Assembly (NCBI RefSeq): GCF_006345805.1
Contig: NC_042998.1
Span: 57,660,001 to 57,724,000 of the forward strand
Reading direction: 5' to 3'
DNA length: 64,000 bases
Origin: Octopus sinensis
Lineage: Eukaryota
The position numbers and the translations under genes are program-made. The notes under the pieces were generated by a model, which saw only the letters and a list, made by a program, of their open reading frames with translations, ran no database searches and was not told the DNA's origin. Below, in pieces: positions 11,391-29,008 of the stretch (position 1 is its first letter; each line of letters starts with the position of its first letter).

Positions 11391-13412
11391 GTTGAAATTT
11401 ATAATAGAATAAAAGAATGAAATCATGTATTTATACATTAATGTAGGTATTCTTCATTAAAATGTTTAATGCATACTTTGATACATACATAATATAAGTA
11501 TAAATGTGTTTATCAATTTAAATAAATATTTTTTCATTACATGTTTGAATATATAATGAAATATTATGTAGAATTTCCGTACGATTTATTCTTTTCAGAT
11601 AATAACGAGATATTTTATATTTGAATATAGTAAAACGGTATAATATAAAGAAACGAGTGATGTACTACCTCAGTAAATGGTCAATAAAAGCAATCCAAGC
11701 AGAGGAATAAATTTTATGCTGTGAGCAAATTTAATGCCTCTGAGAAAGAGATATCAAGTGTATTGGGCAATGGAGAGACTGTGGTTAGTGGGAGAGAGAT
11801 AGGAGAATTAAGAGAGGAAAACATGGTTTGGGAGAAAAGAGAAAGAATGCTCGTGGCTTTGAGGAAAGATACATTGATATAAGGAAAAATAGAATAAAAA
11901 TGAGGATTCAGCGATTGAAAAAATGCTGCACGTATGATATCTATTTACATACATACAGAGAGAGAGGGGGGAGAGAGGCAACATGAAAAGTAGCAGCATA
12001 CTCAAGAACAGATACACTCATACACTCATGTATGAACACGTGCGACGTGTGCAGTTGTAATGGTTTTCATCAATGTTAGCCGACATGTTCACAGGTGAAA
12101 CCCCAATAGCACTTTACTTGTTGAGTGACTTTCAATAAAAATTTACATGTATAATCACACACACATACACACACAATCATAATTTTATACGTAAAATTCT
12201 TATAAATGACATTGACATAAAGTCATAACACCGTCTGTCTGTTGAGTCGTGCACTCTCAGTAATTAAATATCACGATTAGCTGAAATTCGTAGTTTTACT
12301 TGCAACTATCTAATATAGTGATCGTGAAATGGATTTAACTTTTATAACTTATATCCTATGTTAAAATACTCCGAGTGAATTTGTCTCTTTTTTTCTAAGA
12401 TAACTATTGTTTCTTGCGACATATTATGTGACCACTTCTATTTGTTCAAGAGTGATTTCCATACCAACCACTCGTGATGTCAACAACCGCTATAAATTGT
12501 GTGAGTAAATGTCTTCTTTCAACATTAATCGAAGTGATGAAGAGTCACCGAATCATCGGGATATCGTGCATAGTGATGTGGCAGTATGGAGTTTAGCTAC
12601 TGGTTTTCCGATAGAACCATGAAACTCAGGCTTCCATTAGTTTGTTCTAACTGCTAATGCTCTAATGCTCAACTTCTAATAGAGATATATTTTTTCTGGT
12701 GAGACGAGGCTGGGCATGAACTTAGAATGTCCAGAGTCGGAAAGGTATTCAAAGGCTGCATCTGTCAAATGCAATAATGTGATTCAAACTTGGAGATAAA
12801 ATTCATACCGCAAGGAAGAGAAAAATTCTAATATTTCGGGCAAAAGCCACCTTTTGAAGACAGAGCGGGAGACTACAACATATCTCATCCGGTGTTATAC
12901 CAATTCCACAGATCCTTTGTCCTGGATTGGTTTTTTATTTCATCGAACACGAAAGGATGAAAAGCAATGTTAACCTTGGCAGAGTTGATTCTAGGAGTGA
13001 AGAGAATTTTAGCAGAGAATGATTATAACTGCACCCTTTAAATGTCCAGCTGTGCGGAGTTTTATATTCCTAACAGTGGAATGCTTCATGGTTTAATTTT
13101 TATGATTCAAATTTCTTTATTTGTTAAAATTTCAGAATAATTCCTGATTTAAGATTTATAAAAAGTAAAGCTTTCTATCCAATGCTCTATCGATCTGCCA
13201 ATTCTTTCCCTGTGTAAGTTACTGTAAAATTCCCTATCTTTTTTGCTGTATATTTGAGGTCCACGTTTCAGTTTCTTTTTTTAAAAATCACACAGATATA
13301 TAGGTATGGCGCTTAATTAACGATATTAGACACTTTCGCTTTCTGACATATTATGTGCCCTCAGTATTATCTCCACCCGCTCCACAACTTTTATTGTCTA
13401 TCTTCCGCGCTG

Positions 13413-13446
13413 CCTTCGAAAGAGGCTTCTTGCCCGAAGCATTAGG
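13413..13446 (+). ncRNA. Degenerate minimal hammerhead motif in a PLE pLTR
   Basis: CCT-TCGAAAGA-GGC(TTCTT)GCC-CGAAG-CAT-T-AGG has the same layout as 48323-48357, with core mutations. It lies about 150 bp upstream of the PLE RT remnant. Confidence 0.45.
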
Positions 13447-13589
13447 TCTTCTTTCTTCTTTGAGGCATGACATTGATCACACGGTTTGAATTACTTTATT
13501 GAATTTCACACACACGACCTTTCAATATCGTTTGATTGCGTTATGAGTTACAAATGTAAGGATTATAAATAAGTACTAGCATTCCAGTG

Positions 13590-15162
13590 TTGTCAAAAAT
13601 GTCAACTTTTCTATTAATGGCAGAAAATGACTTCATGTTTGACACCACTGTATACCGAGACAATTTGGAGTAGTGATGGGAAAAAAGCCCCATCCCCCGT
13701 TCATGTTTACCTGACAATGGTTTATTTGTAATTCACAGTATATCAGGAGTCACTCACAAAATTCTGAAACCCCCTTTCCCAATACATAAAGGAAAACTGG
13801 AAAATGTATTTGGATGACTGTTTCATTTTATGGAATGAGAACATGGAAAACTTTTGGAATTCAAAAGACTTCTCAGTAGCATAAATACAAATATACAGTT
13901 CACAATGGAACTAAACAAAAAGGAACTCCTTTTCTAGATATACTAATCTTAAAGTAGATAAAAAATAGAAACCGACATATTATACAAAACTACAGACTCG
14001 AAACAATACTTATCATTTAGTTCATGCCACCTGAGACATATAAAAATAAATATCCCATTTAATTTAGCGAGAACAATCGTCGCGATAGTGTTGGAAAAAA
14101 CAACAGAGAACTCAAACTACAAGAACTTAAAAATATACTCGTCGACAGACACTACCCAACTTTGCTTATAGAAGATAGGATAAAACGTGCAAAAAGAATT
14201 AATACACAAACACTAAGAGAGGTAAAAAAAAAAACACACCGGTTCTAAACATTTTACTTTATACTTCCATATACAACCCTAGGAACAATGAAGCATATAA
14301 CACTATTATACAAAATCTTGCAATACTACATAAGACCCTAAGCTGTATGAAATTCTACGCACCCATAAAATTATTAAACGTAACAAACAGCCAAAACCAC
14401 TAACAACCGAAACCACTAAAATTATACTAAAAAATAACGGAAGCAAGAGTTCAAAAATGTGGACAACCGAACTGTGGAACATGTCCAAACCTAATGGCAG
14501 GCTCATAATTCCAATTTAAACAGGGACAAACATTTAAAATTAAACTGACTTCACTTGCGCATCTGAAAATTTCATAAGACGTCCGGCTGCAGTAGGAGCT
14601 ATATAGGTTCAACGGGAATGTCCCTAGGACGTAGATGTACACTACACAAACAACAAATCTACCATCCCCAATACCGTCAAATACCACTCTGTGGTCACAT
14701 AAAAGGATGTGCTAAGGAACACCAACCACAAATCACAATATTCCCATTATTCCAATGCACTAAAAGTACCTCAACACAACAACGACTAAATAAAGAGGCT
14801 ACATTTATCAAAAAATGCAAACCAAAACTTAACATGAATGTATAATGGACTTCACAAATAAAAAAATCAACCAGAAAAAAGGAAAAAAGATTTACTACCC
14901 CTTAGAAATATTATATCCACTGATTATCTCTTTAGCTAAAAAACATTATATTCACTGATTATGATCTCTCTTGAGCTATACTCTCCTGTATAACCGCCAA
15001 ACTGTATCATATCTGCTTCTACGCAAGATTAAATTAAAAAAAACTTATTCTGATTTCATAACATTGAATCATGATTAGCGAAACGAAACCGGTCGACACT
15101 GTACATGTTGCAATGGATCTTTATCTACACAAACAATATTTCTGTGATTTTTCACCTCAAGT

Positions 15163-15165
<3 letters not shown>
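13590..15165 (+). mobile_element. Penelope-like element remnant: RT C-terminal half, GIY-YIG endonuclease and 3' pLTR
   Basis: Translations NWKMYLDDCFILWN, INTNIQFTMEL, IETDILYKTTDSKQYLSFSSCH, QKCGQPNCGTCP, SYIGSTG and HKQQIYHPQYRQIPLCGHI...FIKKCKPKLN. Many frameshifts; ends at (TA)n. Confidence 0.93.
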
Positions 15166-15229
<64 letters not shown>

Positions 15230-15484
15230 TATGGTGCTGCAAGCAGGAAAAATAGGAACTGAAAATCCGAGTAAATGTATGTTTTTCTTAATATTTACTA
15301 GAAGTAAGAGAATGAGTCAAGGACCGAGTGTTTCGCGCGTTAGTAAGTTAAAACTCATGAAACACTCAGACGTTAAGTGGCACTGTCTTAGTGGAACTGA
15401 ACATTGTATACAACAATTTCTTTCATATTTCATATTGATATACACACACACACAAATCTATCTATCTATCTATCTATTTATCCA

Positions 15485-15563
<79 letters not shown>

Positions 15564-17058
15564 CGTAGTGGATAAAATCTTTGGTTAATGCAGTGCTGTC
15601 AATTAGATGTTCTGAGCTCAATCTCCTATCAAAGTGCTAAGGCAAATCACAAGACACTTGAAGAAGATTTGAGCGTATAACAGCCTAAACGAAGTAAAAG
15701 CAACAATCAAAATGATAACAACACCCTGACTAATGTAAAGAATGTACAAAATTGTTTTCAATATATGAACGGTGTATTTGAAAAATCAATAGAGCGTTGT
15801 ATGAAGTATCTTACGATATTTATTTCCTATTCTTTACGTTGTGACTTCAAATCCCGCTAAGGTGAAATTTATTTTTCGTTCTTTCGATGTCAATAAAATA
15901 TATTGCTATTCAAGTACTGGGCTGGTATAATCGAGTATTACTAATGATACCCTAACGTATTCAAGCAAGGAATGCGGTTTCGAATAGTGAATGAAATTTC
16001 TAAATGACGTTTGGCGTTTGAAGACAAATGAGAGTGTAAAATCCAACGGTCGTTGTATTCTAGTGAGGACCAGAGAACCCAGGTTTTATCATCTTTGAAA
16101 GATGACTCGGAATAATGCCACAGAAATACTATAAATAACGAGATATATTTTGTAACCGTCATTGTAATCAACGCAGGGAAGTAGCAGCAACAGGAGTTGA
16201 AGAAGGAGGAAAAGAGGAAGAATAAGCATAATATGAAGAACTATACGAGTTAAGATGTTTGTTTTTAGCAATGAAAGATCTTATCTACACGTTTTAAATC
16301 TTATCTACACGTTTTAAACTTTTTCTGATTGTGGAATGTTTTAAGTATGTTTTAAATGTATTCATTTTATTTTGCAACATTTTCTGATTTAAGAAGTGTG
16401 TTGAATTATAAATGACAATATTTATGTGTTTAAAATCAATAGCCATATTAATGATTTAGAAGTCTGCATATTTTCAGCAATTTAACTTATTTGAAGTTCT
16501 ACTTATTTCTACTTATATTTGAAGTATATAGCATTTCAAAGACTTCAAATTATTCCATAAATTTAAGCACATTCTTTTTTTATATATATTGTAACGAATT
16601 CTATAAGTTTAACGCTTTAGTCAGCAAATTAATGTTTGAGCATGTTACCCTAGTTGCAAATATTTGCGAATAATAAACAAAAACTTTAAATTGACCATCT
16701 ATGCTTTTAAAATGGCGACAATTTGAATGTTTTATTAACGATTTTTAGTTCTCTTAAAATGCTTTCGACAAATCACTTACTGACGACTGCCATTTTCAAA
16801 GGCTTTAATAAGTGCATATTGCCTTAAGAGCGTGAAATTTTACTTTAAAATAGATAATTTGTTGTTTCGAGGCAAGAGACTTTTGAGGCTTCGCTTCTCT
16901 TTATAGCGACATTGTTCAGTTTCGATTGCCAAAGTGGACGAGTCGTTCAATCCTTTGTCGTTCCAAATGTAGTTAACCAGTCTTTTTGCGTATTAACGAC
17001 TGCATTATTCAGTCTACATATTTGAAGGACATAGAGTGCCTTTGAGTGTGGGGGTGGA

Positions 17059-17089
<31 letters not shown>

Positions 17090-17471
17090 AATTTTAAGGT
17101 ATATTTAGCTGCTGTTTCTAGTTTATGTCAATTTTAATGATTTAACTCGCCACTGTTTTGACTGTTATAAATGTGAAACATATTTAGGTTAAGACTTAAG
17201 AATCTCACACATTTTAGATATTGAGCTGCGACAAGCGCAATGAATCCTATCAGTGGCGATAAGCTGTATTACAGAGATTTCACTTATTTAGCAGAAATAG
17301 TGGTATGATCACAGAGAGAAGGGGAATAAAAGAAAGAGTGAGAGAGAGAGAGAGAGGGAGAGGGAGAGTGAAAGAACGCGACAAAGGAAGAAAGACAGGA
17401 GAGTGTGACAGAGACACACAAGCAGAAGAAAGGTAAGAAAAGCAAATGTAAACAGAATGCTTACAAACGGT

Positions 17472-17502
<31 letters not shown>

Positions 17503-17999
17503 CTCTGGGAGAGGTATTAGTTAGGGGGAATTACTTAGAGGTGGAACTCTAAACTAACGAAACACTAATAGGTAGTGTATTGATTTTCAGTTGTGTAATC
17601 GAATAGTCTCACAAGGTAATAAACGATCAAAGGAAAGTTCTTAATTAAGCTGTAGACGGTTTCTGCTGACCTTCTAGTTAGCGTGTCTACATACATTTTA
17701 GGAAAGGTTATCTGGAATACCGGTGGCCAGGCTTGAACTCACCACTAAAGACTGATTGGGAAATATATGGAGATTCTTATTTTATTTTTCTTATGTGGCT
17801 AAGAAGGGCATCGCCCGTGACCTATTTTCAGTAGTTTCATGATCGTGGGGTGGAAGAAGGGGTTAATCCATTTTAAACAAGAGATTTGTCCCGATTGTTT
17901 GCAACTGAGTGAACCCTGCTAAAGGACACAAACGCCAGGTGGTGTTGTTAAACCAGGGGACGGATTAAGTATACTAAACTCACCATATAAATGCAGGGC

Positions 18000-18170
18000 C
18001 GGACCTTTTGTCGAACTTCCATTCAGTTTCTTTCTGTCAAATTTCACTCACAATGCTTTGGTTGGTATGAGTTTATGTTAGAAATATTTTCTCAACATAA
18101 CACGCAGTGAGATAGAACTCGGAATTACATAGATGTAAAGAGAACATTGTAGCCATATTGTTATACATGT
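18000..18170 (-). mobile_element. SINE family A left arm, highly degraded
   Basis: CAAATTTCACTCACAATGCTTTGGTTGG and CACGCAGTGAGATAGAACTCGGAA. Confidence 0.55.
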
Positions 18171-18439
18171 ATTCAGAGATACAGATGGGAGACGAGATCG
18201 AAAACAGAAAAGACATTTTGTTTATGTCTGACTGCCACTGTTTTTAGGGTAGGCGTGTCACTATTACCTATAAACTACACTTCGTTTGAAGTGAACGGCA
18301 AACCATTATCTTTGCGATGGTCAATGGTGACTACAATTGACTGGATACAAAACTGTCGATTCCATGGCTGAATGGTGAGAGATGAAATATCCGGGCAAGG
18401 GTTACTCGGCGCCACTACTGGTAGGATAGAACCCACAGA

Positions 18440-18626
18440 GGTTTCAGTCATTTGACTGCGGCCATGCTGGAGCACCGCCTTTAGTCGAGCAGGGCATATT
18501 CTTTAGAAGCCTAGTACTTATTATATAGGTCACTTTTGCCGAATCGCTAATTTACAGGGACGTAAACACACCACCATCGGTTGTCAAGCGATGTTGGAGG
18601 GACAAACACAGACACACAAACATACT

Positions 18627-18661
<35 letters not shown>

Positions 18662-18822
18662 GGCGGGCTTCTTTCTGTTTCCGTCTAACAAATCCAGTCA
18701 CAAGGCTTTGGTTGGCCCGAGGCTATAGTAGAAGACAGTTGCTCAAGGTGCCACGCAGTGGGAATGAACCCGGAACCATGTGGTTGTAAGCAAGCTTCTT
18801 ACCACACAGCCAATCCTGCGCC
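18440..18822 (-). mobile_element. Full-length SINE family A
   Basis: Reverse complement of the 9698-10111 structure, ending CCTGCGCC. Confidence 0.9.
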
Positions 18823-19587
18823 TAAATAATAAAAAAATAAATATTGGTAAAAGCGTGGACAGTTGTCACTGCTGTCAATGTCGAATGATCTTAGGAGAAA
18901 GCTCAATAACTGAATTAGTAAAGCGCTGGAGGAAACGTAGGAGTAGAATCTACGTTTTATCTCTTTAGACCTGAAACCACAGTCTGCAGAATTAGACTTA
19001 GACTTAGCAATTCAAAATATATATGACGACATGAAAGAATGGACTGGAAACATACTCCTGGCTGACTGTGTATGCAGCACAAATCAGAGGGAACTCAAGA
19101 GGCTTGACAAGCCGACCCATAGAGACAGGAAGGGCACCTGGTTGATGACGATAAATAATATTCAACTATGGGATCGATTTATAGAAATTGTTATGATAAA
19201 ATCAATAGAGCGTTCGACATTGTTGATTTAGTGAAGTCCACTGAGATTATCGCCTTTCTCAGACACTAATCACCACACACACACACACACGCTTTGAATA
19301 TATCAATCAGTTTGATCTTGATCAATCAATAAATTATTTATCTCACGCAAGTGTGATGCAGTCAATTGCGCAATTTCTTATACTCAGAAATATCTAAAAA
19401 TGGATGATCGGCTCCAATGTCTTCTAACTAACATAGAAATGGAAAGTTTTGACGCATCATTCCCAGCGAGTTCAACCTCAAAAAGCAAAGTGAAAGCACT
19501 GTTAGTGAGGAACTAAAAACCATGTCGCAAAATCAATTTACAAAAACCCTACAACACAAAATCTATATATATCGTCTCTCGATATAT

Positions 19588-19642
<55 letters not shown>

Positions 19643-19859
19643 CGTGCGTTTGTGTGTGTGAGTCTGTGTGTGTGTACGTACACGGGCGTACACAAACAGA
19701 GAACGCTATTGCTATAATCGATGGATTTAGAGTCACTATGTGACTGATATTCCAGTGTAGTTCCGTATTGGCTACAAATAGAAACAAAAGCAGGTGGTTA
19801 GCGGTGTGCTGCTAGTCTTGTAGTGTTGGTAAAAATGCCTAAATATGATGTATAATAAG

Positions 19860-23640
<3,781 letters not shown>

Positions 23641-24619
23641 AACTGTGATGCAGATGTACTTTACGAAAAGCTCTAAACATACAGCTTTCCTCTGTGTTAA
23701 AGTCTATTACTCTGTCTGGCACATACATACATACACACACACACGCACACACACACACACACTTTACACACGGGCGTGCGCAGACACGCAGTCAAACTCT
23801 AACACGCGTACACACACAATCACAGACGCATGCGGCGTTGAAACACTGCAACACATACACCTTGCACACGCGCATGCAAACACACACACACGCACACACA
23901 CACACACGCACACACACACACACACATGCAAACATACACATAAGCATAAGCTTTTAATTCTTTCCTCTTGTTTTCTTCGTCTCTCGACTTCTTTCTTTCC
24001 TTCTTTCCCAAATTCTACCTCTTCCTTTCCCCATTCATTTCGTTTCTTCACCACGTCTTTCTAATTGTCTCTCTTTGCTCATGTAGTTGTACATATTATC
24101 TTGAAACAATATATTATTGTCATAAAAATACTCTGTTGTTCTTCCCCTTGCTCTCTCCATCTCATCCTCTCTCCAACTTCTCTCTCCAACTCCTCCTCTC
24201 TTCTACAGTTGGTCTCCCCCTCCTGTGTTTATTCTCTTCGGCAAAGTAGGGTTAAATATTTATCATGGACTACGAAAGATACCCGGCGTTGCTCGGGGTT
24301 AAAATAGCATAGTTTGTATATATTACAGTTTTGTTAAAACATGTGATAAGGGAAAGTGCAATATCGACGTAAAACATCTGTGGAGCAAATAATGGGCTAA
24401 TTCGACTAAGCGACATGCCATGCGTCCGTTTGGAGTATTTCAGGCCCTAACCTGTCATGGAAAATTGAGGGTGGGGGTTATGTGATTATTGAACGCACCG
24501 CAAATCTGTTAGTATATATACTCTCCTTTCTGGCGGTCGGCGCTGCATCTAACACGACCCATCATCTGAAGTTTTGATACCACCTTCGGGTTTGTTGTCC
24601 TACATCACTCATAAAGTAA

Positions 24620-25430
24620 ATTTGGAGGAACTGTGGTTGTTCATTTGTAACTAAAAGGGATATATAATGAGGTAATAGACTTGTCATTGAATTTTGAACG
24701 TCGGTGTAAATCCATGTTCAACTATCTCCTTAGATGCAGCATACGATGTCATTTGAAATGCAGAGTTGTATTGTCTGTTATTGTTCAGAAAATCCTTTGG
24801 CTGGATGGAATTGCCTTCTAGAAGATCTATAAGAGGTTGAGGAGGTGCTGGTAGAGCTGACAATCTTACTTGACCACCTAAGCAGCACATGCCTGTAGTT
24901 TCCTTTGGAAATTTTAAATCTTTGCAGAAACGGCAATTTGAGTTTAGCATAACAATTGGGAGGGATCATAATATGAAATCAGCTCAAGGAGTTATGAAGA
25001 ACGTATTCGTACGTAGTCTGTTCACGAGAGCTGTTCTATCGGACCTCTGTCTAATAATGGAAACGTTTTAATGATTCAGTATTAACTGCTGCAGCATACC
25101 TTTGCTGATCTTAGGAAAGTCTTATCTTACTTCTGTATTGAAACTCCATTTGATATGCAGCAGCATGCATTTGCTGATCTTGGGAAAGTTCATCTCGTTT
25201 CTCTCTTCAGACTCCAATCTGAAGCGTTGCAGCATGTCTTAGCTGATGTTGGGAAAGTCTCCTTTCCCTTCTCTCATGAGATTCCATCTAATGTGCTGCA
25301 GCATGAGTTTGCTGATCTTGAAAAAGTCTCATCTCGCTTCTGTCTTGAAACTCCGTTTGATGTGCTGCTGACTGTGTTTGCTGATCTTGGGAAAGTCTCA
25401 TCTCCCTTCTTTATTGAGACTCCATTAATT
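24620..25430 (-). pseudogene. Helitron Rep/helicase N-terminal fragment
   Basis: CRFCKDLKFPKETTGMCCLGGQVRL...PPQPLIDLL...NRQYNSAFQMTSY...PTFKIQ then NEQPQFLQIYF. Preceded by five 69-bp repeats encoding about ESQEEREMRLSQDQQRHAAARQM. Disrupted by stops. Confidence 0.9.
25089..25430 (-). repeat. Five tandem 69-bp (23-codon) repeats
   Basis: Recurrent TTTGCTGATCTTGGGAAAGTCTCATCTC...ACTCC unit. Confidence 0.9.
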
Positions 25431-25967
25431 TAGTGGTTAATATGTAATTGTAAATACTTTGCAACTGTTGCGATAATTATAAACTGGTAATTGAATGGTA
25501 AATGTGGTTTTTTTTCTATATACCTTGTACCTGCCGCCTAATTGTTTTTGGTCAAGAGTTTCACCTCCAGACGTTCGTTATGTCAGTCAACACACATACA
25601 CTGATACACTTTCCGCCACCATGGCGATAAAGACAGAAAGTTCCCGATGCATAATGTTGTTCACATTACGATGTAAATTTTTCATTTATGTATCACTATA
25701 GAATTAAAAGTGAAAGAATAAAAGTGAAACAACATTATAGGTTTAAAATGAAAAATGAAAGATGAAAAGTGAAACAATATTATATGGCATTGCAATATAA
25801 ATCTTATTCTTTCATTTTTAACACGAAATACCGAACCAGTGCCAATGTTATATTGTTTTGCTCCAAATGAAAAAGAAAATTACTAAAGGAAATTACATGT
25901 TGACGCTCATCCACCAGGAACTCTATCAGAATTGCTTTGTAGTGTGTGTGTGGGGGGGGGGGGGGCT

Positions 25968-27866
25968 GAGAAACTTACGTCATTGCTCGATAATGTGCCC
26001 AGGTGCTATTCTTCTGAACTGGATTCCTGTTTCCGATCCCCTGTTAATCCTTTTTGCATTTTTTATGGATGTTTCCTTATAAACATAAAAGACAACATCA
26101 ATACGATAAATCCGGGCTCCTTCGTGGAGGACGTGTGTCATCAATGACTCTGAGGTCTGCGAGAAAGTCTTATCACTTCCCTTCAGTCTCTGGACCAAGC
26201 TCATCCCATCAATAAATATTGCTAACGAATTTCGAAGGATTTCTGCTGGGGCAACATTCTTCCTTAACTCTCTAGCTAGGAGTGTTTTGTTGGTCTTACG
26301 AAGAGTGCCATCGCCATTGGCATCTGCAAATGGTAGAGGGCCCAAAAGATGAGCCAGTACATCGGACATATGTAGTTTTCTGTGTTCTGCTACCAGGATC
26401 ATGTGACCAAACAAGTCTCAGTCAGCTTCGAAAACCACATCCTTGGTTTCTCCCTGATGTCCGAGAAAGTTTTCAATTTCATGTTAATCATCTCATCATG
26501 TATTTTTCAGATGGCACAACAGCTTCGACACGTCCTTGTCTGAAGACCTAGTATGATTCCTCTCCATGTTTGTTAGCATTTAGATATTTTCTATGTCTGG
26601 TGGTGCTGCAGTAGCACAGGACTAGCTCACAAGATCCTCATTCTCAGGGTTAAATGGGTTTAGCCAACTTGCCTCCATGAGCCGGACAAAGGACTGGATA
26701 TACGTTTCATCTTTCTTGATCCTTGACTTATTGATGTCAAGGATATTCAAGGACTCGTGCTTTCCTCCCGCTGTTGTGTGTCTCAGTCGCCGCAAGTATG
26801 AGTTCCGATACTCTGAGGTTAAGCAGAACCTAGCCACTGCTTCAGCTTTCAGAATGAAACCTTTCATGCCACCAGGAGTTTAGGTGTCCTTGTTAACTGT
26901 CTCTTCGATTGTTTGGTCCACTTGTATACGTCCAATTTGATTTAGTTCTCCAATCCGGACTGCGAAATCACCATTCATGAAGTGTGCATGGACTTCAGGA
27001 TGGTTATTGTGGAGTCGAAACATCATTGCATAGTAGTAGGTCAGGAATCGTGTATAGTTCACTTTGTCATAGGCAAAACACCATGGGATCATCTTTCGGA
27101 TGGACACAAAATGGATGATCGGATCACCTTCTGTGGAAGCACATATTAGGCCAAGCATGATCTCCACCATCTTTATGTATGTCATGCACAAAGCCGACAG
27201 ACTGTCCACGCATCTAAGGGATTCAAGGTAGGTTTGAAACAGCTCCAAGATCCTTGTGCAAAACTCATTTACAAGAACATCTTGGAGGGACACCTGACAG
27301 ACACTGCTTTGACGATGACCTTCATTGTCTTTGCTAGGTGAGGCACATCTTCTGCATGATTGTCTTCTATCAATGGAAGAAACCATTTCCAAGCCAGCCT
27401 CATTATTACTTCATACACAAGTTTGTGTACCCTGACTGCACGGTTGTACTTGTGACCTTCCATAATCTCAGCCATTGATCCATCTGCTGTGACACCTGAT
27501 TCAACACACATATCCCTGAGCTCTGCATCTTGAAACCGCTTGCAGATGATAGAAAGGAAATTGCTAATTGTGTGGAAAGCTCTCATTCTCATGATTATGT
27601 TTCTATTCTTGTCATTTTTCCATACAACTTCAGCTGCCTTGTCATATAGTGCTTGGTCAAACACACAAACTATCTTGCTGAGCTGCAAGGAATCCATGAT
27701 TCGAGTAGTTTCTTCCAGTATTTTATTCACAGTGGACATATCTGTTGCAAGAGCCTTGATAGTTGGCAGGTTGCTCACTGTGTCCTGGACAACTGTGACA
27801 TCATTGCAGGTCTGGATGTTGAATCATGTCCAGCTGCTTGGTTTCTGGTTCCCTGGGTCAGACATT
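25968..27866 (-). mobile_element. Academ-type (AcademX-like) transposase pseudogene with PIN/XPG-like domain
   Basis: Four colinear ORF pieces: CVFDQALYDKA...RMRAFHTISNF...HKYNRAVRVHK; IPWCFAYDKVNY...VDQTIEETVNKDT; LNPFNPENEDLVS; IFIDGMSLVQ...RIDVVFYVYKETSIK...RG. The large-transposase-plus-PIN layout matches Academ. The superfamily label comes from recalled motifs, not a search. Confidence 0.7.
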
Positions 27867-28185
27867 TGAGTCAAAAGCCAAACAAAAGCCCAACATAAAA
27901 CTGTCAATTGGTTTATCCTTTTAATTAGTAAGGTGTAATCTGGAGGAAATTAGGTAGCTTTATTTGCGTGCAATCTTTCACGGTAGGTCGCTTCTGTGGA
28001 AGTTCTTTCAATTCCAGTCCGACTAGCCTGGATTGAGCAAAGCAGAACTATGGTCAGATATTTCCACCATAATTATTCGTCTCGGTTTTAGAATAAAGTT
28101 ACACACACCCACACCCACAGACTAACACACACGCACACACGCACAAACGCATAAAAACACACACACACACACATGTATACATATA

Positions 28186-28402
28186 CGTGGGCTATTGAAG
28201 AGTTCCTCCCTCTTGGTAAAAAGAAAATACAAGAGAATTGGTTAATTATCATTTTATTCAACATATTCCCCTCTCAGATTCACAGAATATTGCAAAAGTT
28301 TTTCAGTTTTTCAAAGTCCTGTAAAAGCACTCGGAAGATTGGGCCTCCAGCCCGGCCTTTCGCTTTATCCATAAAGCCAGGGGCTTTTCAGTACCGCCTC
28401 CT
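28186..28402 (+). mobile_element. Mariner-type MITE
   Basis: TA|CGTGGGCTATTGAAGAGTTCC ... GCCAGGGGCTTTTCAGTACCGCCTC degenerate TIRs. The interior matches 40490-40694 in reverse orientation. Confidence 0.7.
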
Positions 28403-28432
28403 GCGTGTATGTGTGTGTATATATATATATAT

Positions 28433-28495
<63 letters not shown>

Positions 28496-28820
28496 AGGCG
28501 CAGCATAGTTGTGTGGTAAGGTGCTTGCTTCCCAACCACATGGTTCTGGGTTCAGTCCGCTGCGTGTCACCTTGGGTGTCTTCTATTATGACCTCGTACC
28601 GACCAAAGCCTTGTGAGTGGATTTGGTTGATGGAAACTGACAGAAGCCCGTCGTAGTATATGTATATATAATTATGTGTGTGTGTTTGTGTCTGTTTGTC
28701 CCCACCACCATCGCTTGACAACCGATACTGGTTTATTTACGTCCTCGCAACAACTTAGCGGTTCGGCAGCGGTGCTCCAGCATGGCTATAGTCAAGTGAC
28801 TAAAGGAAGTAAAAGAATAC
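28496..28820 (+). mobile_element. SINE family A with deletion in the right arm
   Basis: Head, GACCAAAGCCTTGTGAGTGGATTTGG, linker, and GGTTCGGCA joined directly to GCGGTGCTCCAGCATGG. Confidence 0.85.
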
Positions 28821-29008
28821 AGAATATATATAGTTCCCTTTTAAAAACTGAAACATGTAAAGAATATGTATATATATATAAATGCAAATAATCAGAAAAT
28901 AAAGAAAAACTCAGATTAACAAACGCATCGATTGGGCCACATTTATAGCTTATTTATTAATGCAAAGCATGACATAACAAATAGATGACCTATATATATA
29001 TATATATA

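Larger units (their letters stand above)
24270..25870 (-). mobile_element. Internally deleted Helitron derivative
   Basis: The minus-strand 3' end reads CCCGAGCAACGCCGGG (hairpin) TATCTTTCGTAG|T, a variant of the hairpin-CTAG terminus. A Rep fragment lies inside. The 5' boundary is approximate. Confidence 0.75.

Noticed and set aside
16278-16317. Exact 20-bp tandem duplication
   Set aside because: Only two units, consistent with ordinary slippage; not CRISPR-like.
25089-25430. Regularly spaced repeats resembling a CRISPR array
   Set aside because: The whole 69-bp unit is homologous, with no unique spacers, and it is in frame with Helitron Rep.
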